DNA of 64,000 nucleotides from Phoronis australis (GCA_002633005.1 NMRA01000767.1:94899-158898); one strand, 5' to 3'. Positions 21,586-35,140 are shown, counted from the stretch's first letter. The notes: generated from the sequence alone by a model not told the origin. Translations and numbers: made by a program.

Positions 21586-23988
21586 ACCCCCTAGGTGTCC
21601 ATGATAAGCACATCTCATGGGTTTGTTCTCTTTCGCTCATCATGAATAATCATTGTAGTGACCAGTAATTTGCGTGCATAATGGTTTAGTGCCTTAAGAC
21701 TGTCCAATCAATTATCAACAATGACGGGCTTTTTTGCTCTTTCACTGACAAGTTTTAAAACTGTTCCCCAGTGCAAAATAAATTTTAGAACATGTATTGT
21801 TTTGTAATATTTGAAAATTATGACATGGGAGGTATCCTGGTGGAGCATTAAAAATTCAGCTGAAAAAAGGCCCATCAGTAAGGATTTTGGTTAAAATTAA
21901 TCCCACGGGCCCTGCTGCATACCCCGTCTCGCGCCTGACATTTCCAGCTCAGATCCTGCATCAAAATTATTTTGAAATTTAGTTTGTTAAATCTCAACAA
22001 TGGACAGTTAAGAGGATATAGCATCAATTCAAGAGGTAATCGATCATTCAACCCAAATTTTTTCAAATGAAAACACAAAATTCGGTGAAACTGTCTTCCT
22101 GTCCTCTGTCAATTTTGCTGAACTTTAGTTGTCTCCCATGAAATTCAAAGTTAATTGGGTCAAGAATAAAGTACCCAACTCACTGATTCTCATGTTTGGC
22201 AGTGACATGGTAACTCCCGAATTGGAACGCGTGGCAGTGAAAGAGTTACTAAATCACTCAGTTTTGCTTAAGAAATATAATGATCTTTTTGTTGACAATG
22301 AGTGCATTGTTGTAGTGACCTTGTAATGTGACAGTCTCAGTTGCGTGTCACGTATGAAGAAATATCCATCAATTTTGTAATTCTTTTTATTCCTTGATTA
22401 CTTTTAAACTCAGAATCATTATTGTATGGATATATTGCTTATGGTGATTTCCAGGCTGAGTTCCCTAATGTTTTTGAGATTATTTCAATAAATTGACAGT
22501 ACATGAGAGTTGACTACAATTATTCTCTGTGTGTGCGTGTGTGTTTCACAAACCTTTTAGTGTTTCATTGCCTCTTGACAGACACTTCATATTATAATGG
22601 TAGTGCTAGTCCAGTCATGTACTTCATAAGATGTGCAATAATACACAGAGATGAGCCCTCTGCCCAATATGGTGGAAGAGGTCATTGACAATATAGTGCA
22701 GGGAACACATACTGTGACCCAAACGCCTTTACTTACCTTCAGGTGACTCAATGCTAAATATAGCCAGCTTGCAGTGTAGTTTGCTGCCGTTATTTCCTAT
22801 ACCATGACTGATATTGAGTGCCAACAGTTTACTTGAGCTCTTCTTGTGAAAACTGATCCTCTGCATCATTTAGCTAAGAATCATTTCATACAAAAAGTCG
22901 ATGTTTGTCTGCATTCCAGTGCACATAATGTGGGCAGAGAGCCAAATTCGCTTTACAATTTGCTTTTGCTATATTTCTGTTGCTGTCAACTTCAACTCAT
23001 ATCTACCCACATGCAAAGCCAGTTTTTTTTATTTGTACTTGAGAAATGAGGTATGAATAATTATTCTGAATTTATGTCATTCTCAAGGATCTAACTGGCA
23101 TTGATGAATACCATTTACTTGACCTGGGTGCCAAGTGTACACCTTGTGGTTGTAATTTGGTGTCAACAAGTAATCACGCAATACCATTGTTGATGGGGCC
23201 ATAATATAAATTGTTGCCAAATGAATCGAATGATTTTGTCATTCTTCAAGAATTGTTGCTGAATTTTGGCAGAAAAATTGAGTTTCATGACTGCACTGTG
23301 TTGTACTTTATTGTTTAATATTGCGTTTTATTTTGCATTACTTAAGCAATGCAAAATATCATTGCATTTTGCTGTGTTGCATTATATTGTACAATCATTG
23401 TTGATAACCATATTCCATAGTTGTGCAGTATTCCATAATCAGCGTTCAAATAGTCCTTTTGCATTATACACTGTTACATAATTATTACTTCCTTTGTAAA
23501 ACTGCCATATTTCATTGTATTGTTGAATATTCAATTTCATTATCCATCTGTCTTCTGCTGTTTAACATCACTTTTTGTTTATGCCACCTGGTTGTTAAAC
23601 ATCTCTATGTGCTTTATGTGTTCTGACCAATCTCAGCCTTCAAAAGCCATTAACACCTTGTGTGAACAAAGTCAGCAGGCAATGCTAGTGCACCAAAGCA
23701 GATAAATCATGTCAATCTAAAAGACAAAGAAATCAGAGAAAGGAAGCATTAGTGGTTATAACAAATATACAGACAGATCCCTTAGGTTTATTGGGTCATT
23801 TGGACCTTGAGAGAGCAATGCTGTTGTTGGTCCGTGTGACCTCACATCAATCCCTTAGGTCTATTGGGTCATTTGGACCTTGAGGGAGCAATGCTGCTTT
23901 TGGTTCATATGACCTCACGTCAATCTTGAGATTGGTCCGTAGTAATGTATAATAGTGTGCATGTTATTCTATATCCAACATGTTTCAG

Positions 23989-24095
23989 ATGCTGGCCTAC
24001 GGTGTCTTACTACATAAAGGCTCCTTCTGTCGCAGTGCGTTCAACATGCTGGATCTGTTGGTTGTATCTGTATCTCTCGTCTCATTTGGCCTAGA
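23989..24095 (+). CDS. Cav1: Cav1 exon: IIIS3
   Basis: [35 protein letters not shown]|gtaagt. Confidence 0.95.
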
Positions 24096-25035
24096 GTAAG
24101 TTTGCATCCATTCCTCACTACTGGTGCTGCCCCCTTGCCAGTGTTGATAGTACTGCCCTGGCTGGTTGTAGCATGCATGTCTGCATGCTCCCATGGCATG
24201 CTGGTTATAAGTGGAGACGCTTGGCTTGAGCTAAAGTTAAGACTTTCCTCAGTTCTTTGCTTGTCAGTTTGTTCAATGTTTGTCAGTTCTTTTGCTTATT
24301 GGAATTATACTTGAATGTAGATTTATTTTCAACTACCCCGGATGTTGATTGTCAGCCGCTTATTACAAACCAGTTATATTAGCCAACACTGCTTATTGTT
24401 GATGGTATAAAGTTATGCTGTCTATCCACACCACTTTGTAAGATTGTCCTGCACGCTTTAGCTTCAACAACTTCACAGTAAATGGGCTTGCTAAGGGTAG
24501 AATTCTCATGAGTAGTCACAGTTTGTAGGTATAGAGCAGCTATCCTGCTGTTGACCAAGGGTAACCCAGCACCTAGCACCATCTAGTGGCAGCTACTGGC
24601 ATTGTGTTTGCATCCAAGGTGAAACCAAGCTTTGTAGCACCTGATGTTAACAGGCTTTTAATGTATAGATGAAATTAAATAGCTCCAGTTATCGTGGTAC
24701 TGAGTGTTGTTAAAATATCAGATGGTGATTATCATGCTGAGAAGAGGCTTTCCGTAACGTCTCCATGATTTGCATTGGACAACTCGTGTCAGGCAAGTTG
24801 AAGAGAACATTGTACTTACCTTAGTTTGTACTGCATTTCAAGCCTCACCACTACTACTTAATGAATGATACTTCAGCAAGTCATTGTCATCACATTGTTT
24901 GTGCCATTGTCTTGTTCTTCATTCTTGAATCGTTTCAGAACATGATCACATGATCACGTGATTTTTTGCTTGGATTATATATTATGAGAAACTGAATGAC
25001 ACATGGTGATGAGTTTGCTCAGTCAATCACTGGCA

Positions 25036-25465
25036 CTTGACACGGTGTGTTGACAACCAGTTTGTTCAAAGAGTTAGTGGACGTGACACAGTGTGTTGAT
25101 AACTAGTTTGCTGAGAGAGTTAGTCAACACATGACATGGTGTGTTGACAACTAGTTTATTCAGTGAGTCTATCAACACATGACATGGTGTGTTGACAACT
25201 AGTTTGTTCAGTGAGTCTGTCAGCACACCACATGGTGTGTTGACTACTAATTTGTTCAGTGAGTCTGTCAACACATGACATGGTGTGTTGACAACTACTT
25301 TGTTCAGTGAGTCTGTCAACACACGACATAGTGTGTTGACAACTAGTTTGTTCAGTGAGTCTGTCAACACATGACATGGTGTGTTGACAACTAGTTTATT
25401 CAGTGAGTCTGTCAACACACGACATAGTGTGTTGACTACTAGTTTCTTCAGTATGTCAACACATG
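25036..25465. repeat. 60-bp minisatellite with internal palindrome (gtcaacaca..gtgttgac)
   Basis: About 7 copies; source of spurious ORFs 25074..25532 and 25156..25377. Confidence 0.9.
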
Positions 25466-26134
25466 GCACTTTGTCATGGTTAGCTTCAATTGCACCAACA
25501 TCACACAATTTCTTGTATATTTGACCAGCCAATCACCGGCAATGAAAACAACGTCACATGGTAACCAGCCAATCACATCTTGGAGATAATAGCTGCAATG
25601 AATGCAACTACCTACCATGGTAACCACTTTGTAGCCAACCTATCACTATGTAACATGCCACTCATAATGATGCAAGCCAATTACTTGCATTTAACTGTGC
25701 TTGAAAACGAGGTTTTGTTTGGAACATAAAAGCTTTCACGTTTGCGTTGTTAAAATTGATACTAAAACGAGGCATTGCGTACTAAACAACAATGCACAAA
25801 AATCATTTTTACAGCACCACCGAAGTGTGCTAGTAGTGAAATACAGAATACGACCAGCCAATCACAGTGCTACCAGGCAATCGCAGTGTAACCAATGAAA
25901 CAAAGCAACCAGCCAATTTCCAGCAAATTACAATGTAACCAGCCAATCACAGTCCAACCAGTCAATCACATTGCAACCATCCAATCACAATCCAACCACC
26001 ATATCACAATCCAACTAGCCAAGCACAATGCAACCAGCCAATCACGATGCGACTAAGTTGCAAGTGCCTTACACGGTGTCTCCAGATGTGCCCTCTGCTG
26101 ATCAGTAGTCTAATATTACTTTGTGTTTTCCCAG

Positions 26135-26155
26135 CGGTGGCCGTGACTTCAGAAG
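26135..26155 (+). CDS. Cav1: Candidate 21-nt cassette micro-exon, IIIS3-S4 linker (DGGRDFRS)
   Basis: ctaat branch, pyrimidine tract, cccag|CGGTGGCCGTGACTTCAGAAG|gtaggg; phase 2-2, open frame. Confidence 0.55.
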
Positions 26156-28812
26156 GTAGGGTCCACTAAGTGTCCAGCTTTTAACAGACATACCGCCACC
26201 GTGCGTGTAGTTCGTGAGGGTCCCGTGGGCCTGCACTGTATAGACCATGCTTCAGAGTGGATCAGTGTCTAGACCAGCTTACTTCATTGTTCCTTCACGG
26301 TTGTCTCTGTAGTCACTGTCTACAGCTACCACCTCTACTACACTGCTGCCACCTCTGGTAGCCATGTGTAACTGACCTTCTTCACTCCAATCAACTGTTG
26401 TTTAGGCAATGTCAGCAGGTCACCTCTTTCTGTCACAAGCCAGTCAAATGTGATTAGAGGACAGTCTCTTGTGTTTTTTTTTTCACTGCACATTCGCCAG
26501 TCATTCTGTAAAAGAAAAGTGTAGTGCCTGCATTCAACAGAACAATTGGAATGTCTTCATTCTGTTCTAGTTTATGATTTTGAATAACGTTTAAGCTTAG
26601 ACTATTTCTATATGTTCATAGACGTGTCATAGTTTAGACCGGGTGTTACAAATTAAACTCTCTATTTTCAGATTTGTAAAAAAAATTTTTTAACATATTT
26701 AACAGTGTGTTAACACATTTCTGCTTTAATTATGATTTTAATTTTCACAATAATTTCTTGATAACCCAGATCTTATGAAGTCAATCATAACTTTGCATCA
26801 CTTTACTGACCAACAGTCATTTGTAAAATGTAGAAATTTCTGATAATCTTCTGATTTACAAAATTCATTACTTACGCAATAGACACATTTTTAATTGGAA
26901 AATTGAAATTTTAATTACATGCGCCATGTTGGTTCTGTCTGACATCTGGTGTTCTGGAAATAAACTACAAGGTGTCCGCAGCTAATCTCTTATGTAATGA
27001 GTTAGGATGTGGGGTCACAATGTTGAGTATTTAAGCCATAACCATCCTTTGTCACAAAACTGTCACTTTATTTTTATCAATTTAATTTTTCTTTCATCGT
27101 TTTCCTGTTAAGTTGTTATCTTGAATATATTTTATAATTATGTTACTGAAGATTTTATTATATCCTGATTTCTAATTTCAAATGCATTTTATGTTACCTA
27201 GTAGTTTCAGGCTATGAAGGTTAATAGCTAACTTCTTCCACACTATAAAAATTTGGAAATTTAGTGACCCATGATTACCTTCAGTCAGTTGATTATCCAG
27301 TCTGTTAAATTTCATTGGATTTGTTAGTCAACATTGTTGGTCGCCAGTTTGGCCGTTTATCCCACACATTCTGACTTACAATATGGACTTTGTTTCGAAA
27401 CAATACAGAAGCGGACAAGCTCACTCGCAGGCATTACTACTGATGAATACAATATACGGGTTGTTATCAAAGGTTTAGGATGTGTTTAAGCAAAATAACG
27501 TTTTTATGTACTTCATGAGGTATAGTTGCTTTACTGCAGATAGCATTGCCATTATCAGGTGAACATTGACTGTGTTTTAAGAATGCCATGAATATATCAT
27601 CGTTCCATGGAATTGATTGACGACAAGTTTAATTTTCAGACAAGTTCCTCCCAGAAAATTTGCATTTCATTTGGCTCCCTGTTTTTTCATCACTAAAATC
27701 ATTGAATATGTTTTAACGTTAACTCCAGTCAACTTAATTGCATGATTCCTCTGTGTGGTACTGTTCCAGCAATTCTTTGAAACGTGACTCAAACTTGTTA
27801 TTTTTTATTATTTTCATTTAACGTCCAGTAATCCTTCACTTCTTTAGCACACAACATGGCAGAGAAATGAAATTTGATTTCCTCGGATTTCTCAACAAAA
27901 ACACCTAAGGTTTAGTTCATTGTTAACTTTGTTGAGAATAGAAGTCATAACACAACATTTGGATAAGTTATGGATATTCGCAACAAAATATTCAGCATGT
28001 TGAACAATAGAAAATTAAATTGAAGTGATTTTGCCATTATTTTGTGCGACAGAAGCGAAGAATTACAGTGCTATAATGACCTTGTTTGACCTCCTCATTG
28101 TTGTGCTGTGTCGATCTTATTGGTTTGTGCAACTATGAGGTGTTTGTTAAGTTCAACCTACCACAGTTTAGATTTGAAACTTGCAGGAACAAGAAGCGGT
28201 TCTATGGTAAACGAGTTCGTGTTGAGTTTTTGGTGTTGTATTGCATTGTATTGCGACTGTGTGTTGTGCTGCCTTGAGTTGTCACCTTGAAATGATCAGG
28301 AAACACTATGCTTTGGATTGAAGTGCTGCACACAGTTATTGCTTTTGTAAGACTCTTGAATAATGATCTTTTGAGTAATAAATGTTTAATTTCAGTCTAT
28401 TGTTAACTATTGCCATATAATTTTTATAGAGAAATAAACCTTAATGATGTCTTTTAGAGTGCAGCCTTGTAGATTGTAGTTTTGAATGTTAACTACATGA
28501 AGAATATAACCCCGTTTTTGATGTTTTAAAACTCGGAAGTGTTAATGGCAGTCGGCCAGCTGTGTCATTACCATGGTTTGTTGGACGCTGATCATTTCCT
28601 TGTGACTTGCTTTATTGTTGCGGTTGTACGTATTATGTAAAGTGAACTTTTTGTAAAGGAAATGTAATGTGTATTCATTGACCAGAGGCAGTCACCACCA
28701 GCTTAAAGACTGTCTGTTACATGTCATTAGCATCTTTAAACCTTCTGTCCAATGATAGTATGATAGTAGGTGGTATGATCTCCAGCTGACCAAGCCTTCT
28801 ACCATGTTACAG

Positions 28813-28900
28813 TAGTGAAGCAATCTCAGTGGTGAAAATACTCAGGGTACTCCGTGTGCTGCGACCCCTACGTGCCATCAACAGGGCCAAAGGATTAAAG
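28813..28900 (+). CDS. Cav1: Cav1 exon: IIIS4
   Basis: [29 protein letters not shown]|gtgtgt. Confidence 0.95.
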
Positions 28901-29353
28901 GTGTGTATGTGCTCATTGGTTCATTTATCAAGCTTGTATATAAGGAGTAGAAGGTCTCTTAACTTTGTCTACTAAGACAAAGAAAGCTGTAGAGATGAGT
29001 GATAGTTACAAGAGCTTGATGTACAAATCTGTTAGATGCTTAAACTGTACCAACTTGCAGATAGTTCAGAGTTAGTAAATGAAAATAACATGTTTTACCA
29101 TCAGTTTCTAGTGTCCCGGAAGTTTGTTTTGGCCATTTACGGTGTGGGTGTGAATGTGGGAGTGTTTGATTTTAGCCATGTTGGTTGTCCCTACACACAC
29201 ACGCGCGATTCAAAACGAGGGCTAGTTCCTGCTTGCGTCTCGCTACACTGTAAGGCTTGTGGCTGTTGCATCACATCAGGTGCAGTGCAAACTTCCAGTC
29301 ATGTGACCTGCTGGTACTTTAGTGGTGTTCAAACTGTGTCTTGTGTGTTTCAG

Positions 29354-29461
29354 CATGTGGTTCAGTGTGTCATCGTGGCCATCAAAACAATCAACAACAT
29401 AGTGTTAGTCACTATGTTATTAGTCTTCATGTTTTCTGTCATCGGAGTACAGCTGTTCAAG
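29354..29461 (+). CDS. Cav1: Cav1 exon: IIIS5
   Basis: [36 protein letters not shown]|gtaagt. Confidence 0.95.
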
Positions 29462-29765
29462 GTAAGTCCAATATGCTGTCACGAATGGTTTAACGGCACC
29501 AGGGGGCCCCCTGCTTTAGATATTGTTACATTTTGCGCCTAGTAACTCGTGACTACTCTACTACATAACAGACGTGGTGATGTGTTCACCATACTGTTCT
29601 TAATTTCGATTTTGTAGGTTTTAGTAAGTGTGTTACATAGTGCGTCGCCACTATCCGCTGTATGTAGATCATAAACTTGCTTATTGTGAGATGTGCCGGG
29701 GCCCCTTATTGGATATTGTTACCTTACTGGATGAGGCATTGCATTGTATCTTATGCATGTTCTAG

Positions 29766-29818
29766 GGACGGTTCTACAAATGTACAGATCTCTCCAAGCT
29801 GAATGCAGAAGATTGCCA
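29766..29818 (+). CDS. Cav1: Cav1 exon: domain III turret
   Basis: tctag|GRFYKCTDLSKLNAEDC|gtaagt. Confidence 0.93.
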
Positions 29819-29985
29819 GTAAGTGTTTTAGCTGTCGTTTCAATGCAGTTTCTCCTTTTATTAATTTGTTGTATAATATTCATGCATTCTCTAACAGATT
29901 AATACATATCCATCAAAATATAAAGTTCCACTGGTAAATACACGGACTACCTAGATGGTGTGTTATTCCTTGTGTTGTGTTGCAG

Positions 29986-30132
29986 GGGTAAATTCATCGA
30001 GTACATAGATGGTGACATAAACAAGCCAATAGAGAAGGAGAGGCAGTGGGAAAACAGTGAATTGAACTATGACAACGTGGGCGTGGGGATGCTCACTTTG
30101 TTTGCTGTCTCCACATTTGAAGGCTGGCCTGG
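29986..30132 (+). CDS. Cav1: Cav1 exon: domain III pore (STFEGWP)
   Basis: [32 protein letters not shown]|gtaaga. Confidence 0.95.
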
Positions 30133-30429
30133 GTAAGATACATACATACACATACGCATACCCATAAATTGTTATTATAATCCTAAGATCTTGATATATT
30201 TGCAAAAAGACAACATTCAGAATGATATGCTCACAAAATGTTCATGAATTGTCATTTTGAAGGAACATCGATTCTTTCAGAAAGGCCAAGTTTCTTAAAA
30301 TTTTGAGTAGAGGTTACTTAATTATACAAAATTGTGGAAGATATGATTTTGTTACTCCATATATACGAGAGTATATTTCTGCCAGCAGATGTTGTGAAAA
30401 TAAGTGATGTTAAACTCTTCTTTTTACAG

Positions 30430-30631
30430 GTTACTCTACACATCCATTGATTCTAATGAGCAGGACAAAGGTCCCATCTACAACTACCGCCCATTTGTCG
30501 CCATATTTTACTTTGTATTTATCATCATCATCGCGTTCTTCATGGTCAACATTTTTGTTGGTTTTGTCATCGTCACCTTTCAAAATGAAGGCGAGCAGGA
30601 ATACAAGAATTGTGAGCTGGACAAGAACCAG
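30430..30631 (+). CDS. Cav1: Cav1 exon: IIIS6 and III-IV linker
   Basis: [46 protein letters not shown]|gtatgg. Confidence 0.96.
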
Positions 30632-31380
30632 GTATGGCTTATCAGTGAAGTGGGTGGGGCTGGACAAGAACCAGGTATGGCTTATCAGTGAAGTGGGTGG
30701 GGCATTGAGTAAGTGGGAGTGGTTCTTGAGGTTTTGGGCGGGGTTTGGTGGTATTTTCATTGAGTGATGTGTACCTTGAGTTGTTTTCAGTAGGTCTTTT
30801 ACTGGCGAGGTTTTTTGTGTTTTTTAAAGAAATTTTGGTTGGTTACGTACCTTTACAATTGACGTAATGGCCCCAAACTGTCCATTGTTGAGGTTTAATT
30901 GATTTAAATTCAAATTATTTTGGTGCCAAGCTTGAAATGTCAAATGTGTGTCGGATGTATGTGAGGAACTGTGGGATATGAATTTCAACCAAAATCCTTC
31001 ATTTACTGTCGGTAGTGTTTTTTTACTTTCTTGAATAGTCTACCTTGCAAATACGTAAGATGTAATTTTAGAATGAAATAAAACAATGTATGTGCAACTT
31101 ACCCAGAAAGTTTCACAACTGCTCGCCAACAAATAACAATTTTCGACCATTTTAGTAATTGCACGCTATGTTCTGTGTACTCTTGAAATGTATTTAGGAA
31201 GTGCAGTAAGTTTTAAACAAAACTTGACAGTAAAAGAGTTAGTCAGAACATTAAGGGCCACCATATTCCAGTACGACCTTGCAATGAACAAGTATTGCTA
31301 CTGTAAGAATAAGGTAAACTGAGCGAGTGCAGTAGGTGTGTATTAAAGTATCCTTAAGACGCCCTCTGTTACTGTTGTAG

Positions 31381-31539
31381 CGCAAGTGCATAGAGTTTGC
31401 ATTGAAGGCCAAGCCACAGCGGAGGTATATACCTAAGGCCAGGTTCCAGTACAAAGTCTGGTGGTTTGTCACCTCGCGGCCCTTTGAATATGCCATATTT
31501 TTCCTAATTTTGATCAATACCATATCACTGGCAATGAAG
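31381..31539 (+). CDS. Cav1: Cav1 exon: III-IV linker, IVS1
   Basis: [53 protein letters not shown]|gtaggt. Confidence 0.96.
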
Positions 31540-32322
31540 GTAGGTGTAACCACTGCTTGAAAGGAATTTATACTTGTTTGAAACTAAGTTATTGACAACT
31601 GGCCTATAGATTTTTTTATTTAAATTTCTGTTTCTTTGCAGTGATTTTCAAAGGCGACGTTTGTACAGTTTTGTGGTATTCACTGTATCAGTGTTTGAAG
31701 CTAAACTACAAAACCTGTTTTTGATGCAAACATGTTTTTCCAGATTAAAGCATTCTTATAAATATCTAGTGATTTAGGAAAGTTCTTAACACATTTAGAA
31801 TTAGAATTAAAGCCAATTCAGTTTTCTGAAATTACGTTAATTTTGAAAATGGTTTATAAGTAAGAAATACTCATTTGCTTAATGGTTTTGATACTGAGGT
31901 TGCCATTGTAATTCGTGTGTAGTTGTTTCATGAGTGACGTACAAGTTGTGAGTATATTTCTTTATGTGTTAAGCGTTGCTGTGAATATCCATTATGCAGT
32001 TGTGTTGTGATAAGATTGTTCAAAGCTTGCTTTGAATATTCACACTGTTGCATTATGTCTGCTATTGCAGTGATGCAGTTGTTTAATGTCAGCTATGAAT
32101 ATTTGACCATTACATCATGTACGCAAATCTTGTTTCAGTACAACAAACAGCCTGATGGCTATACAGGTGCTGTAAACTATATGAACATAATATTTGTTCG
32201 TTTTATCATGTATGCAAATCATGTTTCAGTACGACAAACAGCCTGATGAGTATACAAGTGCCTTAGACTACATGAACGTGATATTTGATCATTACGTCAT
32301 ATGTATGCAAATCTTGTTTCAG

Positions 32323-32433
32323 TACGACAAACAGCCTGATGACTATACAAGTGCCTTAGACTATATGAACATGATCTTCACAGGGGCCTTCGCCCTAGAG
32401 TGTATACTTAAACTGGTAGCATTTAAATTCAAG
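32323..32433 (+). CDS. Cav1: Cav1 exon IVS2, alternative A (111 nt)
   Basis: YDKQPDDYTSALDYMNMIFTGAFALECILKLVAFKFK|gtaata. Confidence 0.93.
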
Positions 32434-32879
32434 GTAATATCCCACACTGCCAATTGTGTCTTCATTTCAGCAAATGTGACAATGAGCTTATTACTTATAT
32501 GACGTGTTGATTGTCACGATCCATTGACCTTGTTTCAGACCACTAATTTGATTGGTCACTTGCCTTGACGAATCATAATCATGATCAATTCTCTGTAGAA
32601 GGTTGCAGTCAAAAATCTAGCAAACTTTAGATGAGAAATTAGCGAAATTTACTGCTGTGTGAGTTCTTGACAATCAACGGTCATATGACAAAATGAGCAC
32701 TTTGTTGACAATGAACAACAGTTGTCACTTCCTGTTGGTCCCAGTTGCTGTCAGTCATCGTCCCCTTCCTGTGATAGGTTGGCTTCATGCCCATATTAGG
32801 AAGTGGCAATTGTGTCCATACAATTCCTCCAATACTGTTGCAGTATGATGTTGTCATAGTTTCCACCTGACTGTTGTAG

Positions 32880-32990
32880 TACCATGGTCAAGGAGAGGTG
32901 TACACTGAATTCCTGGATGTGTTGAATTTGATTTTTACGTCAGCGTTCGCCCTGGAGGCCATTCTCAAATTGATGGCCTTTAGGTTTAAG
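32880..32990 (+). CDS. Cav1: Cav1 exon IVS2, alternative B (111 nt, mutually exclusive)
   Basis: ttgtag|YHGQGEVYTEFLDVLNLIFTSAFALEAILKLMAFRFK|gtattt; same length and phase as A. Confidence 0.85.
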
Positions 32991-35056
32991 GTATTTTCGG
33001 GTGAAGTTACCAATTTAACTGTTAGTATTGTCTGCATTTAGATGATGAATCTTGTCTTAAGCATGACCACTCTGGTTTTGTGATAATCATTTCATTTTTT
33101 TCTTTAAACTTTTAATTTTTTCTGTTTTAAAACGTTATTTGCATCGTACAGTTTCGAAATTATCGTATAGATCTGTCTTTCAGTTCATTGTCTTCAATTT
33201 TTTATCAATATTTTAACAGAAGTATTTGAGTTTCTTTGTAATGCTTCTTCCATTCTTGAATACTAAAAGAAAATTTCTCAAGTGATTAGCTTGAGGAATG
33301 GGTTTGAAATTAGTTGATTTGATTCATCTCTTAAACTGCGACATGGTTGGGTAAACCTTTAATACTGTAGTGGTTCTATTGAGAGTGTGGTTCTTTGTGT
33401 GGTTAGCACTACATCTTACTACCAGGTGTATGATACCCTTGAACTAACACAACGTTATACCCTACCATTGACAGTGTGTACCTTAACAATGAATTTGGTG
33501 ACACTGCACTTACCCCTCAGACCAACATTTCTGTACGCACGGCGTGCTCACCAGGTAAATAACATTCATAATGGCTACAGGGAATGGTAAAATCTCCCCA
33601 ATTTTAGACTAACAGAAGTTATGCCAAAATTGGCCCTTTATATTCTTGTGAATGGTCAGAATTTCCCAGAATTGCTGTCATGTGGTAGCTGTGTCATAGA
33701 TCTGTAAATATTGGGTATTGTTGATATTTTATTAAAAATGTAGAAATAAAAAATTCACTAGTCGGCTACATGTTGTCCTTAGTGGGTGAGATTTTACCTC
33801 AGCTGAAGAATTTTCTGCCCTTCTCTCTATTGTGTCAAATGCATTCTCATAATCTACAATTAAGTGAAGCAACATGTGCTGTTAAAAGTATTCCAATTTG
33901 GCTTGTGTCTTCTCTTGTATAGGGCTTTATGCTTGGGCTCTTAGCTAGCGGCACACCAGGCTTGCCACAGCCAAAATATTTTGAAATAAAGTGCTGTAAT
34001 CCATTTTATATTGCAAGTTATACCCCCTTTCTACTTTTATGACCGGGTTTATAAATAGTTTACCATATACTGAAAATGTAATTATTCCATTAAAATAAGG
34101 TCCGTGTTTAAACAGGTGAAAACAGTCATTCATCAAGACTGTTGTTTAATGACCTTGTAGATTTTGATTTTCAATTTTGAAATCAATTTGATCAGGTGAC
34201 CATGGCTTTTTAGTAAAGTTGAGCAAAACAATGAAGGGTACGTTATCTGCAAAACAACATCTTCTGTTATTAATGTGCAAGATAGGTGAAATTTCAAAAA
34301 CTGTTGCAGTGTTTTTTGTAAAAACTCTTCATCATTCATAACCACCATTTCCGAGATATGTTTTTCCAAAATCAACCCAGTTTAGCCAAACATTTAGGTC
34401 ACACAACTGAACCTTAACCATTTTTTGATGCTGCTTTTGCAAGATTGGCCTGTGGTAATTTTCGTATCATGTTCAATATGGAAGATGATGCCCGTCCCCT
34501 TTCATTACGTCATCTCCTGTGTCCCTCAAGGGGGCGCTGCTGGAGTGGGTCCTTACTATTGTTGTACGAGTGACCAGTCTTTTTGTTCACCTTTATTGTC
34601 CAGTTCCTGTTGTGTATTGGCATGTTTTATGTGTTTCCCCAGTTTGGGGTGAATCCTTACATTAATATATCCAGTTGACACCCTTCTTAATATCACATTG
34701 ACAGTGTTATGTGAAACTTATTTGAATACATTTACCTGTTGAATAATTGCCAGATTTTGCCTTCCTATACCTGTATATAATATTTGACACAGTTTCGCAG
34801 TGCTATATCTGTATATAATATTAGGCACAGTTGTGCATTGCCAATTCTTTGTCATTCCGTTTCATAAATTTGCAGCTCGTGATTTAGATCTGCAAACCAA
34901 ATCTCAAAATTTGCTTCTTGTGGCTTAGAATGTGTTACACTGTTATTTTGAACTAGTGATTTTCTCATTAAAAGCATACTGTATGTAGCACACTGTTGAT
35001 GATTGTTAATTTGGCTCTGTTTTGAAAGTGACGTGCTGTTTGTCTATCCATTACAG

Positions 35057-35140
35057 AATTACTTTGGTGACCCATGGAATGTGTTTGACTTCATTATTGT
35101 TGTGGGTAGTTTTATTGACATCATCTACACGGCAGTTAAC
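35057..35140 (+). CDS. Cav1: Cav1 exon: IVS3
   Basis: [28 protein letters not shown]|gtaagt. Confidence 0.96.

Noticed and set aside
25036-25532. Palindrome-containing 60-bp array as a CRISPR or repeat protein
   Set aside because: No unique spacers, eukaryotic intron, no cas genes; the ORF is repeat read-through
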